Source: Owenia fusiformis
Lineage: Eukaryota
Reading direction: 5' to 3'
DNA length: 64,000 nt
Assembly: GCA_903813345.2 (NCBI GenBank)
Contig: CAIIXF020000001.1
Location: forward strand, 34,720,001-34,784,000
A program made the translations under genes and the position numbers. Positions 1 to 11,046 of the stretch are shown here, piece by piece. How positions within the stretch are numbered: the stretch's first letter is position 1; every line of letters begins with the position of its first letter. The notes below the pieces were generated by a model. That model saw nothing but the letters and a program-made list of their open reading frames with translations. It did not search any database and was not told the origin of the DNA.

Positions 1-129
1 GAAATTTAAAAAAAAGTTTCACATATCACACTTTGATAAGATTGGGTAAGAGTACAATATAAGCCAAAGTGGTTTAAACTTTATATGGGGCCTTTAACAG
101 GATACTTTTTTAAAATCAACCAAAATCTC

Positions 130-1410
130 CTTTGTACAATTACAATATTGAGAGACTTAAACATGTTGTGTTTATGTTGTTTGTTCCATTGAGGTTCGGA
201 AAGATGTTTCATTTCACTCTGGAAACATGATATCAAGAACAAAACAAGTGTTTGATGTGTTTTCTAAAACAATATAGATGAAATTATATATACATTTTTC
301 CAATTATATTGTTACCATTCAAAAGATGACCATTAACTTGACAATGTGTAAAATTTTCAGAATTTTTTGATGACTGGTTTAAGAGAAACGTGTGTTCGCC
401 ATATCGATACCCATCTTTTACAAGTTTTTGAATTTATTCATTCAATTTTCTATTTAAAGAGTTGTACACTTGTAGGGTATACCCTATATAATATTTTTAC
501 TGTAAACGCTCTAATCTAGATTCAGCAATATTATGAATCCTTTCAAAATATCAGACCAATTAATATTTTGATACTCATTATTCCATCTTTGAACGGCTCC
601 TGGCATGACATTTCTTTCTTTATAATCAATTGTTTATACTCTTTTGAATTTAATGTTATGATTATGATGTTATTATACAAAATTTATTTTAACCAAATGC
701 AATTGTCTTGTTTTCCAATGCATTTTGAATGACAAAATATTTAAGAGTGATACCTGCATTGTTAGACATCACTTGTTTGAAGATAGTTATATTCTTTAGT
801 TTCTGTTGATTATCCAGTACATCATTTCCACATTTGATACCTGCATTTTCAATTTTTAAAAGAATATAACCTTTCCCTTATAAGTTATGTTTAGATTGTT
901 CCATATATAGCTATTATCAAATATGACTTCATCACATGTTTTAAATTTGAACCCAGTTTTCAAGGAATTCAGAAAGAAAGAAAGGTATATTTCCCCAAAC
1001 AATTTGATGCTTTATAGATTTTAAATTTCAATTAGAATGAAATATACTGAAATCATGTCTAAGCTTTGAAAACATCATTTTGGTAACTTTTTCCACCCAG
1101 GCCACACATGCTTCTTGATTGACAATTACATCAACCACATTCATTCCGCCTTTTATGTAAAACTGTCTCAACACTACTTTTTTTTCTAAGACTTTACCAG
1201 ACTTATTCCATATAAATTTATATATTTTTGAGTTTACCTGTTTTAAACTGTCTGGACATCTAAGAATCATTAGCGTCAATTATGATGCAATTTTTGGGTT
1301 TGAACAATATGTACCCTGTATTTTTATTAAGCATTTTCACCTACTTCCCAATTGATTCCTTGCTTTTCAATATTATTTTCATTTTGACGAATTTTACAGG
1401 CAAAAATTTC
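130..1410 (-). mobile_element. Degenerate L1/Tx1-clade LINE ORF2 3' fragment (post-RT region)
   Basis: Minus-strand peptides QVNSKIYKFIWNK..KKVVLRQFYIKGGMNVVD, QRWNNEYQNINWSDIL and KHIKHLFCS resemble the L1/Tx1 ORF2 C-terminus (FIWN..GGL, W..I, ETIEHLF). Many stops and frameshifts; boundaries approximate. Confidence 0.7.
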
Positions 1411-1576
1411 TGTTGATAGGATAAAGGGCCATGAACATAATGAACAGGCTTGCCTCAAACCTTGATCTAAACTGAAGGATTTTGTAAATATCCTATTATT
1501 AGAAACTTTAGACTGTGTATATTGCTCAGGTATTGTTTGTTGTATTGGATGAAATGGTTATATTAAATATACTAAC

Positions 1577-2970
1577 CTACACTGTTTCCCTTTTCACCTT
1601 TTTGTCCTTTTGGCCCTTGATCACCTCTTCCACCTTTTGGACCAGTTGCCCCATTAGGACCAGTTGGTCCTTGATCACCTTTTGAACCAGTTGCTCCATT
1701 TTGACCAGGCGGTCCACAATCACCTTTTCTTCCATTTTGACCGCTTGGTCCAGTTGGCCCTCGATAACCTTTTTCACCTTTTGCACCAGTCTGTCCAGAT
1801 GCCCCATTAAAACCTGTGTGTCCTCGGTCACCTTTTCCACCAGTCTGTCCAGTAAGACCTTTTGGTCCTTGATCACCTTTTGTCCCTTTTAAACCAGTTG
1901 CCCCAATAAAACCTGTTTGTCCTCGATCACCTTTTCCACCTTTGGACCAGCTGTACCATTAAGGCCTGTTGACCCTCGATCACCCTTTGCACCAGTTTGC
2001 CCAGTAAAACCTGTTGGTCCTAGATTGCCTTTTGTCCCTTTTTGACCATTTGCTCCTTTAAAACCTATTTGTCCTCGATCACCTTTTCCACCTTTTGGAC
2101 CAATTGTTCCATTAAGGCCTGTTGACCCTCTATCACCTTTTGCACCAGTTTGTCCCGTAAGACCCGTTTGTCCTTGATCACCTTTTGTCCCTTTTGGACC
2201 ATTTGCCCCTTTAAAACCTGTTTGTCCTCGATCACCTTTTCCACCTTTTGGACCAGTTGTTCCATTAAGGCCTTTTGACCCTCGATCACCTTTTGCACCA
2301 GTTTGTCCAGTAAGACCTATTGGTCCTTGATCACCTTTTGCCCCTTCTGGACCAGTTGTTCCATTAAGGCCTGTCAGCCCTTTATCACCTTTTGTTCCAG
2401 TGTGGCCTTGAGCACCTTTTGTCCCAGGAGGACCAGTTGCTCCTTGAATCCCATTGGAGCCTTTACTCCCCTTCAGTCCAGGGGACCAATGGCCCCTTGA
2501 CTGCCATTTGTACCAGATGCACCTATATCTCCCTTGCTTCCCTTTACTCCTTGAGAACCAGGTTCGCCTGGACTACCATTTTCGCCATTTGTGCCTGATT
2601 TTCCTGGCACCCCTCTTTTCCCCGGAAATCCACGCTTTCCTGGAAATCCACGCTTTCCAGGAATACCAGTTTCACCTTTTATACCTTGACTCTTTTCATC
2701 AAGTTTTTCTTCCAATTGTTCATTCAGGATTTCCAGTTTGATAACATTTCTCTCCAAAGCTTTTATTTCTGCTGCTTGATCATCAATATCTCTTTGCTGC
2801 TCTTTAACAGTGCTTTTTAGTTCATTGACACAGTTTGAAAGTTCATTGACAGTTTTAGTTAGTTGTTGGTCACCAGTTGCTGTTGCTATTGCATTTGTGG
2901 TATAAATTTCCGAAATGGTTAGCAGAGTTATTCCAATCCATATAGCATGCATACTTGTAAAATAGAACAT
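1577..2970 (-). CDS. Secreted coiled-coil + collagen triple-helix protein, first coding exon, frameshifted (pseudogene or sequence error)
   Basis: ATG 2970, hydrophobic N-terminus, heptad-rich segment (aa ~35-95), then Gly-X-Y from 2685 to ~1586 (~122 triplets). 1-bp deletions at 2481-2484 and 1941-1943. Ends at a phase-1 donor G|GTTAGT (1577/1576). Confidence 0.8.
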
Positions 2971-3081
2971 TGAGTATATCTATTTTGTTTACAACTTGTG
3001 AGTTCCTTTAGATTTGCAGTTGTCTGAATGTTTTGAACAATTTTTTCTTCTTTTATATTTGTCATAGGTCAGGCAGTCCAG

Positions 3082-3088
3082 TTATATA
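3082..3088 (-). promoter_or_regulatory. Possible TATA box of the collagen-like gene
   Basis: TATATAA on the minus strand ~110 bp upstream of the ATG; weak in an AT-rich background. Confidence 0.25.
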
Positions 3089-4454
3089 AAATACTTAAAG
3101 ATGCAGACCCCTTCTTGTAAATTCTCCTCGCATTTCTTAGTAAATCTACTGATCATACTTATAGCTCAGTCATTTGCTTAATAATATCTTGAAGTTTTAA
3201 GATACTTTATAGAAACACAGAAATGGCATAAACATTGAGTATTGAAGAAAATCCCTCAAAATCGGCCCTACATGTCTTTCTTAAATGGCAGGATCTGAAC
3301 TCAATTAGAGTACCCCCTTTGTAGTTTTGCATTAGGTGATGTAAAACAGGTTCATCCATCTTTTGGCCAACTGTCAGATACCGACTCCTACATTTACATT
3401 GATAATTTCATGATTGTATGCAGAAATGAATTATTAACTGGATGGTTGAAAAGAAATTAAAAAAAACATTCTGAATCTGATTGGTTGCCTGAAGAGGGGG
3501 ATTAACACCAGAATTCAAAGATGACATACGCTTATAATGTAAAACTGTATTGAGATGACATACACCTCTGATTGGTCCAAATCGATAAACAAAAATGGTG
3601 GATTCAAAATTTTCTAATAACGCTTCGAATAATATTATGTTGATTCCTGGCGTATTAACCAATAAGATAAAAAAATATGTAAGGAATAGGTTTACATTGA
3701 TTAAAACATCACGACGACACGTTATGTTCGAAAATTAATTGGTGAGAATTTGCCAAACGAAGGTGGTACGCAAGAGACGTATTATGTCAGTCATCGCTAA
3801 AGCTCTGGGGCTTTCCCTCCTCTTGGTTGCCTGGTTGTTGTTGTTTAATGATGCCCATGTCACGTGATAGGATTAGAATTCCCTTCAATGGTGGTATAGC
3901 TCAAATTATGTTCAATTCTCGCAGTTAGTTGTTCCGTTGATTTTCTCAATATATTTGCAATACTTTGCCCAAAAGTTTGTCTCAAACAAAACAACCATTT
4001 TATGATCAGAGCTTAATACTGACCCACTGTTAAGTTAAGTTGACACCAAGGTCTACCCCTGCATATGTGATTTATCCTTCTAGATACAGTACTTATCTCT
4101 TAGGATAGATATATTAGAAACATTTCTACCTGTTAGGGTCTGTATCTTTAATGTAGAAGTGCAGGTTCAGGATCTGTCAACTCAAAAGATGATATGGCGT
4201 GAAATAATGAAGGGGAAATCTCAATGATAAATACTGTAGATACACTTATTTTGACGCTATTCAATTTGATGGATTTGCTCAATTTCAAATATTGGCAGCT
4301 ATTTAATTGAGCGGATTCAGGACTGAAGTATTTTTTATGTCATTAGGACAGGTATTTACTAAGATATTTTCTGTATTTCTTTTGGAATAATGTAGAATTG
4401 ATGACATGTTGACAGGAAAAGGGGGCCCGGAGCTAAATAAAGTTTATCTACAGT

Positions 4455-4957
4455 CAGACTTGCCAACCTAAAATGAAAAATTTTGGGAGATTTAAAAAAA
4501 ATTGTTTTGACGGTAGATTTCTGAAAAACGGGAGTTTTTACGGTAGATTTCTGAAAAAACAGGGAGTTTTGACGGTAGATTTCTGAAAAACTGAGTTTTT
4601 ACGGTAGATTTCTGAAAAAACAGGGAGTTTTTAAGTTAGATTCTGAAAATTGGGAGTTTTTACGGTAGATTTTTAAAAAAACGGGAGTTTTTACGGTAGA
4701 TTTCGGAAAAACAGGAGTTTTTACGGTAGATTTCTGAAAAAACTGGAGTTTTTACTTTAGATTTTGAAAAAACAGGAGTTTTTACAGTAGATTTTGAAAG
4801 AGCGGGAGTTTTACGGTAGATTTCCGAAAAAACTGGAATTCTTATGGTAGGTTTTTGAAAAACGGGTGTTTTTAGAAAATGGTACGGGAGAAAACGGTAT
4901 GGGAGTTTAGTATTTTTTACGGAAACACAAAAAATTTACGGGAGGTTGGCAAGTCTG
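4455..4957. mobile_element. MITE with CAGACTTGCCAACC TIRs, 5-bp TSD and internal ~30-bp tandem repeat
   Basis: 14-bp TIRs; ACAGT on both sides (4450-4454, 4958-4962); internal repeats of GGGAGTTTTTACGGTAGATTTCTGAAAAAA. Inserted in the right TIR of an older TACTGTAGAT...ATCTACAGTA element starting ~4232. Confidence 0.85.
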
Positions 4958-5214
4958 ACAGTATCAAACATTATCCAACCAAACAAAAAAGAAGAGGAAC
5001 TATCCTTGAAGATAAAGAGGAATAATACAATTAACATATAGTCTTGCTTCAAGAATCTGGACCTCCTATTTCTTTATCCACTTGTGTGAAAATGTGTGTA
5101 CTCAAGTAGTGGGAGAGGGGACACAAGTGCTTGCCCAATAGCACATTCCAATAGCACAATCTCTAATGTGGCTGCTTGCAATATCACAGTATAGTTATTT
5201 CTCTCATGAAATTG

Positions 5215-5510
5215 AGGGAGGGGAGGGGGTTCAAAGCCATTTCAGTTTGCTATCCGAAACATTTCAATTTTTTTGCAATTTTGACTCAGAATGCCTTGGA
5301 ATGGTTTAAAATTAAAGATTTTATCCATTGCTTTCTTCGTCAAGATCATTCCAATTGATTCTATTCTATTAATATTTTTTCAAATTCTCAAACTGGAAGT
5401 CAACGATCAACTTTCATGGTATTTAGTTTTGGGGGTAGGAGGGGCGGTGTCAAAATCAAAACTAGATTTATTTAGTTTCCGATCTGACATCAAACTTTTG
5501 ATGCCTCCCC
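5215..5510 (-). mobile_element. Partial copy of the GGGGAGGCATCAAAAGTT TIR element (empty-site paralog of 9220-10336)
   Basis: Reverse-complement match to the two flanks of 9220-10336 without the internal HINE. Confidence 0.7.
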
Positions 5511-5796
5511 TAACATGTGTTTTGTTTGAAGGGATTTGCTACTTTACAGAGCTGCTGTTTATCTACTTGTAATCTAGATAAAAGTGGTTTTGTGTTTTCA
5601 TAAACAGACGACTGAAATGAAAAATTACTTTTATAAAAGTTTCTTAAAGGACATATTTGTATGCCATAACCCTTTGATATATGAACTTTGGTTATTTTAG
5701 AAATTTTGTTCAAGTATAAAGGTCCTTAAGTTTTAAACCACTGAAGCTCATATTGTAGTATCAGTCCTGGTTATCAAAATTTCATATGGGATTTCT

Positions 5797-5928
5797 ATGT
5801 CACCACCAGAAGCGTTGACAAACTTTTTGTAGATGGTGTTCGGCATTTAGCGGTTGGTGTTCGGTGATCAGCATTTGGCATCTGTAACAAATGGCAGATG
5901 GTGACATTTTGCATGTTAATGCCTTGTT
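5797..5928 (+). mobile_element. Minimal Helentron-like element (no satellite core)
   Basis: subTIR ATGTCACCA / TGGTGACAT, 3' hairpin GCATGTTAATGC, end CTTGTT. Reverse copy at 13076-13218. Confidence 0.6.
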
Positions 5929-6054
5929 ATTATATTGGTGTGGTTATAGGATATACATTTTACTTGTATATTGATACATTCAATAAGACATCCAAAGGTT
6001 CTAATTGTACCTTCTGTATTGTATCTTTCAATTTGATGAATTATGTACTTTTAG

Positions 6055-6184
6055 GTTGAAGCTCTCCGTCAAGGGCTTCTTAAAGTGGTACCCCAGTCAG
6101 TGTTAGATTTGCTTACATGGCAGGAATTAGAAAGGCGAATATGTGGAGATCCAGACATTACCATAGAACAGCTCAAAAGATCAA
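6055..6184 (+). CDS. HECTD3: HECTD3 exon (third from last)
   Basis: ttttag|GTT GAA...TCA A|gtatgt; [43 protein letters not shown]. Confidence 0.92.
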
Positions 6185-9100
6185 GTATGTTAAAAGATGT
6201 ATTTATCCCAATGAACGAAGTTCTGTAGGGATATAGTGAAGCCCTCCATCCGTCAGGCAGTCCATCTGTCTGGAAGATAACTCAAATACTAGTTGATGGA
6301 TTTTCTTCATATTTGGTGGAAAGATGTATCTATATTGGCAAATAGTTTTACTCAAAAACAAGAAAATGCAGCAAACTCCTTGTAGAGATCTCCAAGTCAA
6401 AAAGTTGCCTAGCCCATGCAGGCCCTGATACATCGTTTGATTATCCCAATTGTTTCATGATAACTGATTCACTATACATCAAAAACCAAAGATCAAGGTC
6501 ACAAACGATGTGAAGAAACTTTAAACCAATCAGTGAGGTCCATATTATTTGTTTGTTTAGTTGTTGGTGGGGCAATACGTGTCTGACGTCACTCACCAAG
6601 ATTGTTATATTAGCTTCATATAGTGTTATATAACGTCATTTGGAACGTGTATCATGTCATTTTACGACATTGCATAATTTTGGCTTCATTTGACATTATA
6701 TGGAAAACTTAAAAATATAATAATGAGTCAGTATTTTTTCTTAAAAATAATTATGTTTGAATTTGAGGTTAAACTCCGAAAAGGACCATATGCACTCTCC
6801 ATTGGGACCTCCCCATGAGAAAAAATAATTCATCTGATTTTTCAAAATGAGTATTCTGCTTTAATTATTACATTTATATGCACACGAGTATCTTGTTGAC
6901 CTATATTCAGCACTGTATTGATGTATAGGCCACTTATTAGGGTCATAATTCAATCATGAAGTGTAGAGGCATAGATTCCAAACCAGGAAGTATTTTTGTG
7001 TCTGTCAAAATCCATTTGCATCCGCCTAAGCATCCCTACATCTTATTCAAATATGTTACTACACAATGAAATATAATAGTATATTCTTTGGTTTTACAAA
7101 GTTGTATGATTTTTGATTAGTGTAAAAGTTGTTTTTGGAGCATTTTTCTATAGCCATTTTGTAGAGAAAAAAATGATGAAAAAATGCACAATCTTTTAAT
7201 TTTAAGTATGACCTGAATCGATTGCAAACTTCATATTTGCACATTTGATGAGATAAACCATTTTTGTCATATTGTGAAATTATTAAGTTTGCAATCAATT
7301 CAGGTCATAGTGTATTTTTGGTATTTTTGTGATAATCAATGGAAACCAATGGCCTCTATTGGGATCTGCTGATATCCTCATGTTAAGTCAATAATGCACA
7401 GTCCCATGTAAGTCAATACAACCTTGCTGAACTAAATGGCCCCTATCTCAGCCTATGTGTGCCCATTTTCCAAAGAGTTATATGACATTCTATTCTTCAT
7501 GTTACACCTAAGAATTATTCATTTTGACCATAGGGGTATTTGCCAATAAACGCACCTCTCTCTCGATTGATTTAAATCAAGGTGGAAGGAAGTGAAAAAG
7601 TGAATTATTACAGGAGCTAACATGATCAATGGTTCACATGATATATTTATGCCACACAAATTCCATGTTTTCCAACCTGACCCCCGGGGAAATAAAGCTT
7701 TATTATACTCAAATGAAAGGCAGTTTAAATAGATTGCAAATATCATATCATTTTTTGGCCACATAATGTCAGATTTCGCAATTGTTAGGCCTACCCAATC
7801 TCTTCAAAGTATGGCTACATTATGCTCAAATTGAAGGAATTTTAAAGAAGATCACAATCATGGTATTGTTTTTTCTGATTCGTGCCTCAAAGTATGGTTA
7901 CATTAAACTGCATTAGATTTGAGCCTTTGAAATTCCCAAATGGTCAACCAATGAAATTCATGGAAATTCTGATATATCTCCAGTGTCTGTCTTTTATTAT
8001 CTGCGAATCAAGGGTAGATGGTAAATACTACAATATGATTTAACAGATTCATGCATGTTCGTTGATATTTGCTACTCCTAGAGTTGCCAATTTCTAGTAT
8101 ACCTTTTTTGGATTTGTCTCATTTTGGAAGGGAAGATTAAATTAAAGCAAAAGCTTTTTTCAGTAGAAGACTCATAATGTCACAAAACATTTGACATATG
8201 AAAAAGAATTTGCTTTTAATTGTTCTTTGACTCAATGGCTTTTTACATTTATGCAGTGACCCATGATTTCATGAACAAAATATTTTGTTGTACATGTGCC
8301 CAATCTATTTTAGCTCACTATGAAGATCTAGAGGTGACTGACACACGAGTGAAGTATCTCTGGGATGCACTGACTAACTTTTCCAGTGAAGATAGGAGTC
8401 GGTTCCTTCGGTTTGTGACTGGTAGACGGAGACTGCCTGCCCCTCTGTATATCTGCCCAGATAAGGGAGAGAGCAATGACGCCCTACCTGAGTCCTCAAC
8501 ATGCTCCAATACACTTTATCTACCAAACTATACATGGTAAACACAATATGGTTGTAATATCATCAAAATATGCAATACTATACACCATTTTAAAGCTACA
8601 ATTTATGATAAGAGAGAGACCAATGATACCCTACCTGAGTCCTCAACATGCTCCAATACACTTTATCTACCAAACTATACATGGTAAACACAATATGGTT
8701 GTAATATCATGAAAATATGCAAAACTATACACCATTTTAAAGCTACAATTTATGATAAGAGACCAATGATACCCTACCTGAGTCCTCAACATGCTCCAAT
8801 ACACTTTATCTACCAAACTATACATGGTAAACACAACATGGTTGTAATATCATGAAAATATGCAAAACTATACACCATTTTAAAGCTATAATTTATGATA
8901 AGAGAGAGACCAATGATACCCTACCTGAGTCCTCAACATGCTCCAATACACTTTATCTACCAAACTATACATGGTAAACACAATATGGTTGTAATATCAT
9001 GAAAATATGCAAAACTATACACCATTTTAAAGCTACAATTTATGATAAGAGAGAGACCAATGATACCCTACCTGAGTCCTCAACATGCTCCAATGCACTC

Positions 9101-10646
9101 TTCCTACCAAACTATACATGGTAAACACAACATGGTTGTTAAATCACGAAAACATGCAAAACTATACAACATTTTAAAGCTACAATTTGCTTCAAATTAT
9201 CTTACATTAGTCCATGTTAGGGGAGGCATCAAAAGTTCGATGTCAGATCGGAAATAAATCTAGTTTTGACTTTGACCCCTCCCTCCCTCTAAAACTAAAT
9301 ACTATGAAAGTTGATCGCTGACTTCCGGTTTGAGAATTTGAAAAATGATTTCTAAAACGATCTAGTTTTTTTTGTTAATTTCTATCATAATTTGTGGCTT
9401 TTAACAACTATTGATAGAATAGAATTCATTGGAATGATCTTGACGAAGAAAGCATCAGGTAAAATCTTTATTTTTGGCTCACACAGTGAGCCTATGGGAT
9501 TGACCAGGCGTCCGTCCGTTGGTCCATCCGTCCATCCGTTGGTCCGTCCGTCTGTCAACATTGGCCGCACAAATTAAAACTGCTATTCGGATTGAGTCAT
9601 ACCCACAGTCATTTTATGCATATCCATAATGCCTATTTGACCTATCATCGCCATTTCCCAAGTTCGCCTGGTTTCCGAGAAATTGCTGATTTTGATGTCA
9701 AAAAGTCAAATTTTCTGTAAATACTAGACACTTTGTTGAAGTAGAACTTTCAAATAATTTGTAGTAGTTGCTGTATATGCAACTTATGTCCTCTGAAGAT
9801 TTCAAAGCTCTTGGAATTACTGTATTTGGTGTTTACTCTGTAAAATTTGACAAAAAGTAGGACTTGTCATTTTCAGGAAACTTTCTTATGTATAAAGTCA
9901 ATGGCAGGTTTTGTGATTGACAAGTTTCTCAGTTTCCCTTATACTTGATCATTTCTTGCAATGAATTACATCATAACTAGATTTAAGCAAAAGACCTTAC
10001 TGATCTCTAAATAAGTAAAATTTTCAAGGTCAAAGGTCATCAAACTAGGTCACACAACTGTGCTGTCTATAAGTTTCTCAAAGTTCGAGACTACAAATCC
10101 AAATCAATATTTTTGTTTGAAAGTCAGGATATACATTCCTCTGAAGGTTCCAAACTGTGTGAGCACAGGACCGTGGGTCCTATTTTTAAATCATTCCAAG
10201 GCATTCCAAGTAAAAATTGCAAAAAAATTGAAATGTTGAAATTTGTCGGATAGCAAACTGAAATGGCTTTGAACCCACTCCCCCTTACTAGATTTATTTA
10301 GTTTTCGATCCAACATCGAACTTTTGTTGCCTCCCTTTAGCATCTATGTCAGTCTTCAAAAATTCAAATCAGCTCTGAGTTTATTCTTTGGCATAAAGGG
10401 TGACAGGAGCTAGCTAGGCGTAGTCTTTTCAAAAAGAAACATATTCATCATTTTAAAATTCCAACATTTTTTAATAGAAGTTCATTGCTATTTCAACTCT
10501 TCAATAACAATCCATTTTTCATAATGACAATTAATCTCTTTATACTTTGTTGTTTTTTCAGTGCCAAAGTTGCTGAGGCAAAACTTCGCTATGCAGCGTA
10601 TAACTGTGTAGCTATAGACACTGATATGAACCCCTGGGATGAATGA
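6055..10646 (+). CDS. HECTD3: HECT E3 ubiquitin ligase HECTD3, last three exons (6055-6184, 8314-8536, 10562-10646)
   Basis: Spliced product [33 protein letters not shown]...[13 protein letters not shown]...[47 protein letters not shown] closely matches the HECTD3 C-terminus. GT-AG introns with consistent phases. Confidence 0.93.
6203..6600 (+). mobile_element. Degenerate Helentron-like element related to families C/D
   Basis: Starts TTATCCCAATGAACGAAGTTCTGTAGGGATATA followed by a GTCY-like tract, as at 63474. The 3' end is uncertain. Confidence 0.5.
8314..8536 (+). CDS. HECTD3: HECTD3 penultimate exon (contains catalytic Cys, ESSTCSN)
   Basis: ttttag|CT CAC TAT...ACA TG|gtaaac; [36 protein letters not shown]. 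Confidence 0.93.
8460..9188 (+). repeat. Five-copy ~147-bp tandem repeat spanning the HECTD3 exon 3' end and splice donor
   Basis: Units start at 8460, 8607, 8754, 8897 and 9044 (spacing 147, 147, 143, 147). Confidence 0.95.
9220..10336. mobile_element. TIR element (GGGGAGGCATCAAAAGTT, TTA flanks; PIF/Harbinger- or Zator-like) interrupted by a HINE
   Basis: Inverted ends with TTA on both sides; uninterrupted paralog at 5215-5510. Confidence 0.7.
9473..10185 (+). mobile_element. Helentron-like element, family E
   Basis: subTIR GCTCACACAGT / ACTGTGTGAGC, GTCY microsatellite, 3' hairpin AGGACCGTGGGTCCT, T-run flanks. Confidence 0.8.
10562..10646 (+). CDS. HECTD3: HECTD3 terminal exon
   Basis: ttttttcag|T GCC AAA...[36 protein letters not shown]. 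Confidence 0.93.
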
Positions 10647-11046
10647 TCGTGAGAAGACTGTAATGTGTTACATTAGTACTAACCTATGATTCACTGTCTG
10701 AGTTGTGGCAACTTCAACGTACTCTAATGGGGCATTGTCCTAGTTTGTATTGGAGTACCTGGATCTACCTTGATATGCTTTTTGATGTTATAAAATAAAC
10801 AAGCCATCTGTCATCTTGATTCATAAGGTTTAGTTGCTCTATTAGTGCAAGTTATTTCTGGGCATCTCTAGCAAACCCTGGATGCACTAATAACATCACA
10901 AGGTAACAAAGTTATGTCTGTTCTGCAGTATATTTTTGATCCCACATTGTGGTACATGTTCTTCCTTATATTAGTTTATACTGGCTTATTATCCCTAATA
11001 TTTTCTTTTCTATATGCAGAAAGTGAGTTCTAGCTGACTTATACTA

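Noticed and set aside
1..97. GGGGCCT-TTAA as the end of a Kolobok-like element
   Set aside because: The partner end is outside the window and cannot be confirmed.
1577..2741. ORFs 1577-1876, 2065-2298, 1701-1892, 2303-2500, 2392-2598 and 2454-2741
   Set aside because: Off-frame or antisense readings of the collagen repeat.
8460..9188. 147-bp unit equals the nucleosome core length
   Set aside because: The unit is a local exon/intron duplication; the length is most simply coincidence.
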